Part shown: positions 1-9,158 of the stretch, in pieces
Position numbering within the stretch: the stretch's first letter is position 1
Layout: each line of letters starts with the position of its first letter
Assembly: GCA_963703225.1 (NCBI GenBank)
Contig: OY969801.1
Span: 1,088,001 to 1,152,000 of the forward strand
Direction of reading: 5' to 3'
Source of the DNA: Candidatus Eiseniibacteriota bacterium
Lineage (GTDB): Bacteria > Eisenbacteria > RBG-16-71-46 > SZUA-252
DNA length: 64,000 bases
Notes under the pieces: generated by a model
Told to the model about the DNA's origin: nothing
Database searches by the model: none
What the model saw: the letters and a program-made list of their open reading frames with translations, nothing else
Position numbers and translations under genes: made by a program

Positions 1-2
1 CC

Positions 3-662
3 GTCGCCGAGGCCAAAGAGCACCCCGAGGTGTTCGCCGGCAAAGGGATCAGCGAGATCGCCGACTACGAGGAGGGGATCATCCGCCGGCTGAATCGCAA
101 GCCCGTCATCATTGGCCATTCGTTTGGCGGCCTATTGACCATGATTCTCGCGGGCCGCGGGCTCGGAGCCGCGTCGGTCGCGATCAGCCCTGCTCCGTTC
201 CGCGGCGTCCTCCCGCTGCCGATCCCGGCGTTGCGCTCCGCCAGCGTCGCCTTGCGCAATCCCGCGAACTGGAACCGCGCCGTCCCGCTCAGTTACGAGC
301 AGTTCCGCTACAGTTTCGCGAACGCGGTCGGTGAGGACGAGGCAAAGGAGCTGTACCTCGGCTACTCCGTACCCGGAGCCGGCGAGCCGCTCTTCCAGGC
401 CGCAGCCGCGAACTTGAATCCGTGGACCGAGGCGAAGGTCGACTCGAAAAACCCGGAGCGCGGTCCGATGCTGATCGTCTCGGCCGACTCGGACCAAACG
501 GTCCCCTGGGCGATCGCGAATGCGGCCTATGGCATCCAGAAGCACAACAAAGGCGTGACCGAGATCGTCAAGATGCCGCATCGCGGACACGCGCTGACCA
601 TCGACGCGGGCTGGAGAGAGGTTGCCGACGTGGCGCTCGCGTTCGTCAAGCGGTTCACATGA
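3..662 (+). CDS. Alpha/beta hydrolase (5'-partial, runs off window start)
   Basis: Frame open from position 3; GHSFGG nucleophile elbow, later D (DQTVP) and H (RGHAL) candidates. Confidence 0.85.
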   Translation, partial: VAEAKEHPEVFAGKGISEIADYEEGIIRRLNRKPVIIGHSFGGLLTMILAGRGLGAASVAISPAPFRGVLPLPIPALRSASVALRNPANWNRAVPLSYEQFRYSFANAVGEDEAKELYLGYSVPGAGEPLFQAAAANLNPWTEAKVDSKNPERGPMLIVSADSDQTVPWAIANAAYGIQKHNKGVTEIVKMPHRGHALTIDAGWREVADVALAFVKRFT

Positions 663-666
663 GCTG

Positions 667-1221
667 ATGGGGGTGCACGTTGGGTACGACGCGCTGCTGA
701 CCAGCATCCCGACCGTCGACGACGTTCTAAACGACCACGCGAAGGCGTTGCGGGACGATTTCACCGCGTATCGCAACCACGTGTATCGGGTCGTGAATCT
801 ATGCGTCGCGTTCGTGGGGCGAAGCGAACTCGAGAAGATAGCGATCGCTGGGGTCTTCCACGACCTCGGCATCTGGGTGAACGGCACGTTCGACTACATC
901 GCGCCCTCGATCACGCTCGCCCGCGATTACCTGGTCGCCCGCTCGCGTGAGGACTGGACCGCCGAGATCGAAAGGATGATCGCGGACCATCACAAGATCA
1001 CGCCATCGACGGCGGATTCAGATTCGCTCGTCGAGGCATTCCGGCGAGCGGACTGGATCGACGTGACACGTGGACTGAGAGGGTTCGGCATTCCGCGTCC
1101 ATTTGTTGCACGTCTGTTCGCAACATGGCCGGATGCCGGGTTTCATTGGCGTCTCGTCACGTTGACTCTTGATCGGTTCCGAAGCCATCCGCTGTCGCCG
1201 TTGCCAATGGTCAAATTGTAA
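667..1221 (+). CDS. HD-domain-like protein
   Basis: YRNHVYRV...FHDLG...HH...RRADW pattern; ATG at 667 just after upstream stop. Confidence 0.7.
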   Translation: MGVHVGYDALLTSIPTVDDVLNDHAKALRDDFTAYRNHVYRVVNLCVAFVGRSELEKIAIAGVFHDLGIWVNGTFDYIAPSITLARDYLVARSREDWTAEIERMIADHHKITPSTADSDSLVEAFRRADWIDVTRGLRGFGIPRPFVARLFATWPDAGFHWRLVTLTLDRFRSHPLSPLPMVKL

Positions 1222-1298
1222 TCAATCGGCTCACATGAGCCCGATCTCGCGCGGGTTCACACGAAATGCACCGAGGGATGGTCTCATGTTGCTTGTGG

Positions 1299-1333
1299 CA
1301 CCTGTCCATTCGGTAGGTGGCCTGTGCTAAGTT
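1299..1333 (+). promoter_or_regulatory. Junction 1 upstream module: CACCTGT-CCATTCG-GTAGGTG imperfect palindrome plus extended -10 TGCTAAGTT
   Basis: The TGnTAAnnT motif precedes all six tRNA-Lys 5' ends; the palindrome recurs at 5055 and 10623. Confidence 0.6.
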
Positions 1334-1351
1334 ACACTGGTTAGGAAACTT

Positions 1352-1389
1352 GGGCCGTTAGCTCAGTCGGCAGAGCACCTGCCTTTTAA
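1352..1389 (+). repeat. tRNA-Lys 5'-half repeat (att-like junction 1)
   Basis: 38/38 identical to 20906-20943; identity ends exactly at the anticodon loop CTTTTAA. Confidence 0.95.
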
Positions 1390-1465
1390 CAACATAACCC
1401 ACAATCAAGCCCGCTCGGCCAACGCAGGTCTGGAACGCCAGCGACCGAAACCTGGGCTCAGCGGG

Positions 1466-3007
1466 TCACCGTGCTCCGAATCCCCTCGAAACAGATGCGC
1501 GGACCTCGATCCCGCTCCACCCAGGGCGCGAGCCATGTGACACGGCAACGCCGTCGGGTGGTTCCGAGGGTTCCACGTAGTTAGGTGGGGTCTCGGTCGG
1601 GAACGCCTTCGCGAACACGAACTGCTGCGCCGCGAGCTCGACCCGGGAGGCTCCGACGGCAAGCCCGAATCCGAGCGAGAGCGCGGCGAGTTGAAGCCGC
1701 CTCGTGCCCAGCTGGTCGCGTTGCCGGTCGGCGCTGCCGAACACCAGGAATACGGGGCGCCACGAGTCGAGCGTCCCCTCGGGCTCGATGTCGTACCCTG
1801 CGAGCCCCAGGCCGACGCGCGCCGTTCTCCGGAGTGGGAATTCGTACCCCAAATGCATTCGATGCCAGTGCGCCTCGCCCCGGGCGCGGTAGATCCGGCG
1901 CAGTCCGAGCAGGTCGACGGTCGTCGAGGTGAACGGCCAGGTCTCGAGCGCGAGGCGCGCGCGCGCGTCCGCCCGGACGATCTCGGCGTCAAGGAGCCAA
2001 CGCGAGCCACGGCGCGACCAATGTTCCGCGCCGACCAGATAGGATTCCTGCTCAGCCCTCGCCGAGCTGAGCTCGGCGAATCGCTGCCCTCCCCACGACG
2101 CGTCGCCGTGCATTTGCAGGTCGCGGTGCGTCCAGCGGCCTAGGAGACACCAGCCGATCGGCGACTGCCAAGCGATTGACGCTTGAGCGAGGGCGGAACG
2201 ACCACGGGGCGCCAGGTGATACACGGGTGCGACCTCGCGGCCCTCAAGGTCTTGGAAGTCGCTTCTCGCCACCGAGCCCTCGACGCGCAGCCGCGCGGGA
2301 AGTGTGATCACTGCATCGAGGCCGGCGCGCTCCGAGCGCAGATTGAGCGAGGCTTCAATCAGCTCTCCGTAGAGATCGCTGCGCACCGCTTCGGGCGCGC
2401 GACTCGCTTCCCAGCTCGCCTGAACAACGGCAAGCCGGCGAAATCGATAACGAGCTCCGGCACCAGCCGCGGGGCCCCGCACACTCCTCAGATCGCCGAA
2501 CACAGGGCTAACACCCTGGACCGTGAGCCCCGGGATGAGTTCGCGGATGCGTATGCCGACGATCCCGCCCACGCCCGAGCCCCCGAGGCGCACCTCACCA
2601 TCCTCGCCCGCCCAGCGCACCCCCCAGTTCGGAGCTATGATCTCCCCGCCGATGCGCACGTGGTCACGGGCAAACGGAGGCTCGGCGACGCAACGCCCCG
2701 CGAAGGTCCTCCGCACGTTCGCTACATTGGTTCGGAGTGGCTCGCTCCACGCTCCCTCGACCACGACCTCCGAGCGCCGTGACAGGCCGAGTTGGGGCCA
2801 CCAGCCGTCCTGGTCCTCCACGGCGGAACGGAATGGATCACCCCCGAGCGCGAGCGCCGGCCGACTGCCCGGCTGGAGCACTCCGGTCAATCCGGTCAGG
2901 TCACTGAACGCCTGCGACCGCGCCGCGTTGGGGACGTGCGCGGCCACAAGGAGCGCGAAGGCGAGTGCGTACCTGCGGGACCGGGCGCCAGGCACCCGTG
3001 TGCCCAT
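1466..3007 (-). CDS. Secreted hypothetical protein, possible outer-membrane beta-barrel
   Basis: 513-aa ORF with N-terminal signal-like segment, amphipathic strands and C-terminal VSRGF; directly downstream of 3017-4801. Confidence 0.55.
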   Translation of the reverse strand: MGTRVPGARSRRYALAFALLVAAHVPNAARSQAFSDLTGLTGVLQPGSRPALALGGDPFRSAVEDQDGWWPQLGLSRRSEVVVEGAWSEPLRTNVANVRRTFAGRCVAEPPFARDHVRIGGEIIAPNWGVRWAGEDGEVRLGGSGVGGIVGIRIRELIPGLTVQGVSPVFGDLRSVRGPAAGAGARYRFRRLAVVQASWEASRAPEAVRSDLYGELIEASLNLRSERAGLDAVITLPARLRVEGSVARSDFQDLEGREVAPVYHLAPRGRSALAQASIAWQSPIGWCLLGRWTHRDLQMHGDASWGGQRFAELSSARAEQESYLVGAEHWSRRGSRWLLDAEIVRADARARLALETWPFTSTTVDLLGLRRIYRARGEAHWHRMHLGYEFPLRRTARVGLGLAGYDIEPEGTLDSWRPVFLVFGSADRQRDQLGTRRLQLAALSLGFGLAVGASRVELAAQQFVFAKAFPTETPPNYVEPSEPPDGVAVSHGSRPGWSGIEVRASVSRGFGAR

Positions 3008-3016
3008 GATCGCCCC

Positions 3017-4801
3017 CTAGCGGGCCCGGCGCGATGCAGTCGGCGCCGTGATGGCCTGGTGGCGCGATCGCAGCGCCGATGGGGTGAGCGGCGAGCCCGC
3101 GAGACCGTTGCCCAAACCCGTCCAGTCCAGCACGACCTCGCGCGTCCAATCGTCGGCCGTGATGCCGAATGTCGCGAGGAGCTCCGCGCTGCTCCCCACT
3201 CCCGGGAGCAGGCCGTGGAGGGTCGGCTCCGGCCACTCCCACTGCTCGAAGGTCTCCGCCTCCCACGTGATAACGGGAACAGACACCGAGCGGGTGGCGA
3301 GGCTATAGCTCTCATACCACGAAAACACCGCATCCTGGGTTCCGGCATTCAGCTGGCCGGAGAACGAGGCATAGCCGTAGAAGGACCCGTCCCAACCGGG
3401 AAGTGACTGAGCCAGGGCCATTCGCTCCTCGACAATGGCCTGGGCGGCGGCGTGCAGGGGCTCGTCGCCCCAGTAGGAGCTCCACTGGACTCGTCCATCG
3501 TAGAAGTCGACGCTGTAGTAGCCGCTGTAATAGGCACTGCCGGGGGCGGTAACGCTCTTCGACGTCGTGCCACTGTCGTATCGGTAGCTTCGATCGAAGG
3601 CGCGCCGGCTCGCCGTGGCGGTGTAGGGTGGGAACAGCGCCTTCCAGTCATCAACGGGATCCGTGAACAGCGCCCCGACTCGGATTGTCAGCGCGACCGG
3701 CGGCGTGGATGGGTCGGAGTCCCAGTCCTCGACGCGCGTATAACCTCCATCGAGCGCAGAGCGTGCGTCGGGGAGGTGGATTCGGATCGAGTCGAGGTCA
3801 CTGCGCCGGAAGTCGTATGGGTCGGTCTTGATGACGTCGTCATCCTGGTTGTCTTGCTCAGCGAGCAGGGAGGTGATCGCAGCATCCACATCATCGATCG
3901 ACGCGAGCAGCGCCGTGCGCGCATCGCCCATGTGGTCGGCGCCGTCATCGCGCAAGCTGAGCCAGCCGCTCCCGCGGCGAAACGCCTCGACCATGCTCGC
4001 GCTATCGTACGCGGCGAAGTTCAGCTCGTAGGAGACCGCAACGTGAGAGGCCGCCGCGAGCAGCCCGCACGCGGCGCGAAGCGCAAGGATGTCGGTACGG
4101 TCGATCTCTGCCGGCGATGCATCCTCGTCGCCTTGCATCCGGGGGGTGACGATGAATCGGTAGTTGGGGTTCTCCGCCACCCTGCCGAGGTGTTCCTTCG
4201 CGGCGGTGAGCCGCGGGAGTACCCGATCACGAAGGATGGCCTGAGCCCGCGACAGCTGTGGGTCGGCGAGCACCACCGTCGTGTGTGCCTGCGCCAGAAC
4301 CGACGTTGCGACCAGGTCGAAGGGGAGCGCGAGCGCCGTCCTCCCCGTGCCAAAGGCGAGAGGAACCCCGAGCGGGCGCAGGCGACCTGCTTGCGGCACC
4401 TCGAACGGGACCTGCTGATCAAGGTATGCCTTCCACTCGTCGAAGGCCGCGTTGACCTCGGCGTCGCTGCTCAGGGCGAGAAGCTCGAGAACCCCCACCC
4501 CGAAGTGCGCATCCTCGTTGCTGGGGTCGAGTGCCAACGCTGCTTTGTAGAGCGCGAGGGGGACGCGCACGTCGACGTCGGCCGGGCGCTGCGGGTCGCT
4601 GTTCAGGCTCGTGTAGAGGATTGTCTCGAGCGACGCGTTTGCTTGCTGGACCTTCAGGGCAGCGCATTCCGTGTTCGATAGCCCGCCACAATCCGCGGAA
4701 ACCTCCGGCTTGACGGTGTCTTCACTGCTGCATCCTGTGCAGAGCGCGAGGGCGAAAGTCAGGTGTACCAGGGCGGCAAAACGGGGCCGGGTGGCAAACA
4801 T
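3017..4801 (-). CDS. Hypothetical lipoprotein
   Basis: 594 aa, lipobox-like LCTGC, GGAGG RBS upstream, TPR-like segment near N-terminus. Confidence 0.7.
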   Translation of the reverse strand: MFATRPRFAALVHLTFALALCTGCSSEDTVKPEVSADCGGLSNTECAALKVQQANASLETILYTSLNSDPQRPADVDVRVPLALYKAALALDPSNEDAHFGVGVLELLALSSDAEVNAAFDEWKAYLDQQVPFEVPQAGRLRPLGVPLAFGTGRTALALPFDLVATSVLAQAHTTVVLADPQLSRAQAILRDRVLPRLTAAKEHLGRVAENPNYRFIVTPRMQGDEDASPAEIDRTDILALRAACGLLAAASHVAVSYELNFAAYDSASMVEAFRRGSGWLSLRDDGADHMGDARTALLASIDDVDAAITSLLAEQDNQDDDVIKTDPYDFRRSDLDSIRIHLPDARSALDGGYTRVEDWDSDPSTPPVALTIRVGALFTDPVDDWKALFPPYTATASRRAFDRSYRYDSGTTSKSVTAPGSAYYSGYYSVDFYDGRVQWSSYWGDEPLHAAAQAIVEERMALAQSLPGWDGSFYGYASFSGQLNAGTQDAVFSWYESYSLATRSVSVPVITWEAETFEQWEWPEPTLHGLLPGVGSSAELLATFGITADDWTREVVLDWTGLGNGLAGSPLTPSALRSRHQAITAPTASRRAR

Positions 4802-5107
4802 GGGAACCCTCCAGGTCAGCGGGCTCGCACCATAGGCAGAAACCTAAAGCATAGGCGGGCGGGGAAGCGGGGATCAATGGGCAAGAATCGCCCCGAGGGT
4901 ATACACGAAGGCCGGCCAGTCTCTCTGGTCGGTCGTCGCCATCACGAGGGATGGCCGTGCCTGAGAGCTGAGCGGCACCAGACATCCTCTCCTCGGTACG
5001 TGACGCCGGGTTCCTTCGATCGCCGAGCGTGCATCCAGATCCCGCTGGGCAGAGCACTTGCGCATTGGGCAGGTGTCTTCTGCTAAGTTACTCTATTGCC
5101 TCACGAT

Positions 5108-5145
5108 GGGCCGTTAGCTCAGTCGGCAGAGCACCTGACTTTTAA
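5108..5145 (+). repeat. tRNA-Lys 5'-half repeat (junction 2)
   Basis: 37/38 identical to tRNA 5' half (C>A at 5138); preceded by TGCTAAGTT at 5081. Confidence 0.95.
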
Positions 5146-5305
5146 CTCGTTTTGCTGTTTTTCGCTTCGTGCTTGCAAGCACGTCACCAGCATGGAAATA
5201 CGAAGCGCCCCATGAGGTTGGATCTTGTCGGGCGTAGTCTTTTCGGGGAAGTTCGCGGACCGCTGTGGAGCCTGTTGGAAGGCTGACCTGGCACAAACTG
5301 GCACA
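5146..5305 (+). repeat. Junction 2 arm with CTGGCACA direct repeats
   Basis: Shares CTCGTTT start, hairpin and TTTTCGGGGAAGTTCG with the junction 3 arm; CTGGCACA at 5288 and 5298. Confidence 0.7.
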
Positions 5306-5467
5306 GGGAATACGCTGACGTTTATCTCCTTGGGTCAACCTGCATCCCGACGGTGCCAGACCTCCGACGCACTGGAGCCTGGGGCTCGGAGGCCCACTGC
5401 CGGTCTACTTCCGGAAACCTTCGTCAGCGAACCGGAACCCGCCGGTCAAGACCCAGGATGTGGATAG

Positions 5468-6850
5468 CTACTCTAGAGGCAACACGGCATAGAAGATTTC
5501 GGGCGGTTGATTCGCGCTCTCAATGGACTTGCCAACCTTGCTCCGCCCGGACCACACGACGTACACCCGATCCTTTACCGCGCGCGCACATACGAATTCA
5601 GCGTAGGAGAGGTCCTTCGTCAGCCTCATGGGCTGAAGGGTGCGCGCGATGGCCCTATCTCGAATCGCTTCCGAGAAGGACGCGGCCAGCACGTCATTGT
5701 TCTCCCAGCCCGGATTACTCACCCAGGGGATCCAGGCGAGCGGATGCAGGAGCGGGTGATCCAAACGCTGGTACCGTGAGTCGATCCAGACCAGCAGGCC
5801 CTTGTCCCCGCGAGTCGCCGCGTTGATGGAAGACACCCGTTGATAGTTGGAGAGAGGATCGGTCTTGGGTTGCGCCACCCAATAGCTCGATGACCACGCG
5901 CCTCCTTGCCACCGCGCGCAACACATACCCTGTCCCTCGCGGAAAACGGATCTCTCATTCCCTGCAATCGCGGCCTCAAACTCAAATATACCGCCGGGGT
6001 ATCCAATCGAATCCGGGTTGGTCCATGATTTTGCCTTGTCTCTGCTGCTCGCATGCCACAGCCACCCCGTCACCCGGGCGTTAACTTTCGTGAGTCGCTC
6101 CAGTTCGTTGGCCGTATAGAACAGGTGCATTCCATCTTCGCCAAAATGGAGTTCTGGTGGAGCCCAGGGTGTCTTTTCTCCGATGGATTGGATCCAAGCG
6201 TTGCTGGTTTTCTCGCCTTCGGTCCATCGGGTTACCCAGACGCTTCGCGGTGGCATCGAGACGAGACGATCCCGGGACGAGTCCGACGCAGCGTAAGCGA
6301 CATACAAGGATGTCGAGTCCGACGCAACGTCGATGCTTTGGGCGATCCCGAGATGCTGGGGCAACAAAGGCACCCCCTCCTCCCACGTCGCACCCCCATC
6401 GCTCGAGAAGAAGTGCCTCAAACTGTCCGATACAATGACGTGGAGGCTCCTGCCGAGCGATACGATGCGAGGTTCCCCTATCTGCCTTCGGGATAGGACG
6501 CGAGGTTCCTCTGGATTCCCGGACAGGAAGAGATGAGGATTGCTCCAGAGCCCGTTCTTGAGGTCACCACGTCGGTACCAGATCTGTCGGTTCGCGAGGA
6601 TCCCTACTTCGTCCCCGAATCGTACACGCCAGATCAGATGCAGCGCACTGTCCCCTGCTACAAAGAAATCCACGCTTTCGATATGGTCATGAAGACCGAG
6701 GCCTAGGCTCGGGAGCTGCGTTGTCCCGGGCCTTGCAGGTGGTCCTGGTCGGCCGGAGTAGGTGACCCCGCGTATGTCGTGGCAAGAGCTGAGCGCCGAA
6801 CCAAGCAACAGAAGGCATCCGATGCCAAGCAGACGTAAGTTCACGCTCAC
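5468..6850 (-). CDS. Lipoprotein with BNR/Asp-box repeats (sialidase-like beta-propeller)
   Basis: Lipobox LSSC; Asp-box motifs SSDGGATW and SRDKAKSW. Confidence 0.65.
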   Translation of the reverse strand: MSVNLRLLGIGCLLLLGSALSSCHDIRGVTYSGRPGPPARPGTTQLPSLGLGLHDHIESVDFFVAGDSALHLIWRVRFGDEVGILANRQIWYRRGDLKNGLWSNPHLFLSGNPEEPRVLSRRQIGEPRIVSLGRSLHVIVSDSLRHFFSSDGGATWEEGVPLLPQHLGIAQSIDVASDSTSLYVAYAASDSSRDRLVSMPPRSVWVTRWTEGEKTSNAWIQSIGEKTPWAPPELHFGEDGMHLFYTANELERLTKVNARVTGWLWHASSRDKAKSWTNPDSIGYPGGIFEFEAAIAGNERSVFREGQGMCCARWQGGAWSSSYWVAQPKTDPLSNYQRVSSINAATRGDKGLLVWIDSRYQRLDHPLLHPLAWIPWVSNPGWENNDVLAASFSEAIRDRAIARTLQPMRLTKDLSYAEFVCARAVKDRVYVVWSGRSKVGKSIESANQPPEIFYAVLPLE

Positions 6851-7071
6851 CCTCGAGTGAAGGCGACAGACGCTACCGTGATCCCATCCATCTCAAATAC
6901 TCGCGATCCCAGGCCGCGGGAACGCTCTCCACGAAGAGAAATAGGACCGCGCGTTGTTTCACATGGGTATGATCGGCAACTCGCCCGCTAATCTGCAGCC
7001 GGGCACCGGGACTTGGCCACCACGAAGGCTTGGTGCGGTTCGCCCAAAATCGTGCTAAGTTTCATCTAGAC

Positions 7072-7109
7072 GGGCCGTTAGCTCAGTCGGCAGAGCACCT
7101 GCCTTTTAA
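7072..7109 (+). repeat. tRNA-Lys 5'-half repeat (junction 3)
   Basis: 38/38 identical to tRNA 5' half; preceded by GTGCTAAGTT. Confidence 0.95.
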
Positions 7110-7269
7110 CTCGTTTACGGACTCTTACGCCACTCGTCCACAAGACACGTCGCGACAATGCAATGCACTTCGGCCCAGAGGGTTAGCCCTCGCGGGCCGA
7201 TGTGCTTTTCGGGGAAGTTCGTGGACGTTCGTGGCCGGGTTAGGAAGATTGAACCGGATCACCGGATCA
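7110..7269 (+). repeat. Junction 3 arm with hairpin and ACCGGATC tandem repeats
   Basis: Right part nearly identical to 17235-17310; ACCGGATC twice at 7253-7268. Confidence 0.8.
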
Positions 7270-7309
7270 GTTGATCCCTAAAAACATATTCGGGTATGCT
7301 CATGTGAGG

Positions 7310-7660
7310 ATGAGTATCTCGGTCACGACACGAGCACTGTCGCAGCTATTCGCGGCGCTGGAGGACGAGACCCGGCTGGGGATCGTCGCCCTGTTGACGC
7401 ACGGAGATCTGTGCGTCTGTCATCTCCAGGCGCTGCTCTCCCTCTCCCAATCGAACGTATCCCGGCACCTTAGAATCCTACGCCTCGCCGGTGTGGTCTC
7501 CGATCGGCGCTCGGGTCGTTGGGTGCATTACCGTCTCGTTCGCCAGGTTGACCCGGATTGCGCTGCTGTGCTTCGGCCGCTGACTCGGAGGTTTCTCTCC
7601 GACCGGGCGCTTCGATCGCGCATCGATGCTGTGAGGAAGGCAGGTCCTTGCGAGCCGTAA
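7310..7660 (+). CDS. arsR: ArsR/SmtB family metalloregulator
   Basis: ALEDETRL...DLCVCHL...SQSNVSRHL HTH; first gene of ars-like operon. Confidence 0.85.
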   Translation: MSISVTTRALSQLFAALEDETRLGIVALLTHGDLCVCHLQALLSLSQSNVSRHLRILRLAGVVSDRRSGRWVHYRLVRQVDPDCAAVLRPLTRRFLSDRALRSRIDAVRKAGPCEP

Positions 7661-7689
7661 AGGCCCTCCGGATCGAGAGCCCGACGGCA

Positions 7690-8364
7690 ATGCCGGCTCC
7701 TCGGAGTAATGCGGACCGGCTGATCGCCGAGGCCGTCGGTACGGCATTTCTCCTTACCGCCGTTGTTGGCTCCGGCATCATGGCCGAGCGTCTTGCCGCA
7801 GGGAACATCGCGCTAGCGCTTCTTGCGAACTCGATCGCTACAGGAGCGGCTCTTGTCGTAATCATCCTCATGGTCGGCCCAGTCTCGGGGGCCCACCTGA
7901 ATCCGGCCGTCACGCTCACGGAGACGCTTCGAGGAGGAATGGAGTGGCGGCTCGCGCTCTCGTACGGGTTCGTCCAGGTTATTGCGGCGCTGGCCGGGGT
8001 TGTTCTGGCCCACGTCATGTTCGGACTGCCAACCCTTGAGATCTCGGGCCACGCTCGCGCGGGAGCGGGACAGCTTGTGGGTGAGGCCGTGGCCACCTTC
8101 GGATTGGTGGCCGTGATTCGTGGCTGTGCCCGTTCTCGCCCTACGGCGATCCCATTCGCAGTGGGTCTCTACATCACTGCCGCATATTGGTTCACGTCAT
8201 CCACCTCGTTCGCCAACCCGGCCGTGACGATCGCGCGCGCTTTCACGGACACGTTCACGGGCATCCGGCCCGCCGATGTGCCGGGGTTCATCGCAGCGCA
8301 GGTCGTAGGCGCGCTCGGCGCCACGGTCCTGTTCCGCTGGTTCGACCGGAGTACCCAGGCATGA
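7690..8364 (+). CDS. MIP/aquaporin family channel, AqpS-like arsenite channel
   Basis: Two NPA motifs (AHLNPAV, SFANPAV), VVGSGIMAERL segment, ars context. Confidence 0.85.
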   Translation: MPAPRSNADRLIAEAVGTAFLLTAVVGSGIMAERLAAGNIALALLANSIATGAALVVIILMVGPVSGAHLNPAVTLTETLRGGMEWRLALSYGFVQVIAALAGVVLAHVMFGLPTLEISGHARAGAGQLVGEAVATFGLVAVIRGCARSRPTAIPFAVGLYITAAYWFTSSTSFANPAVTIARAFTDTFTGIRPADVPGFIAAQVVGALGATVLFRWFDRSTQA

Positions 8365-9158
8365 AATGCGCGCTGATCTCCGACATTCACGCCAATCTGC
8401 CGGCCCTGGAGGCGGTTCTCACGGACATCGATGGCAGGCCCGGTGTGGATGCGATCTACCACCTTGGTGACCTCGTGGGATATGGGCCATGGCCAAATGA
8501 GGTTGTAGCGCTGCTGACGTCCCGAGCCATTCCGGGAATTGCCGGCAATTACGATTCGACTACCGCGACGGACTACAAGCATTGCGGCTGCCGGTACGAG
8601 AACGCACACCAGGAGGAGCTGGCTCACCAAAGCTACGAATGGACGCGGGCGAAGGTCACCGCGGTGACCAAACGCCTGCTGGGAAGCCTTCCCTTTCGGA
8701 TCGATGTGTGGCCGCTTGGAGGGCACCTGACCGGGAAGCCGTGGCTCATCCTCGTGCACGGGAGCCCGACCCTGAACACCCTTTACTGGACGGAGGATCG
8801 CCCGGATTCGTTCTGCCTTCAGATGGCGGAGATTGCCCGAATGCGGCCGGGCGACACGATCGCGTTCGGTCACACGCACCGACCCTGGTTTCGTGAGGTG
8901 AGTGGCATGTACTTCCTGAACACTGGATCCGTCGGAAAGCCGAAGGACGGGGAGTGGCGTGCGTGCCACGTGCTCCTGGAGGTCGGGGAGGAGCGGCCGC
9001 GAGCTTCCTTCGTGCGCGTCGAGTACGACATCACAAGAACCATGCAGGCAATTCGCGAGAGCGAGTTGCCAAACGAGTTCGCCGAGGACTTGCGGACCGG
9101 CGGGAGTCACGAGCCTTCGGTGGAGTACACAACGATCGAGCCGGGGGGAGGGTCATGA
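8361..9158 (+). CDS. Metallophosphoesterase (calcineurin-like)
   Basis: SDIHAN, LGDLVGYG, GNYD, HGSP, GHTH and NTGSVG motifs; ATGA overlap with upstream gene. Confidence 0.9.
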   Translation: MKCALISDIHANLPALEAVLTDIDGRPGVDAIYHLGDLVGYGPWPNEVVALLTSRAIPGIAGNYDSTTATDYKHCGCRYENAHQEELAHQSYEWTRAKVTAVTKRLLGSLPFRIDVWPLGGHLTGKPWLILVHGSPTLNTLYWTEDRPDSFCLQMAEIARMRPGDTIAFGHTHRPWFREVSGMYFLNTGSVGKPKDGEWRACHVLLEVGEERPRASFVRVEYDITRTMQAIRESELPNEFAEDLRTGGSHEPSVEYTTIEPGGGS

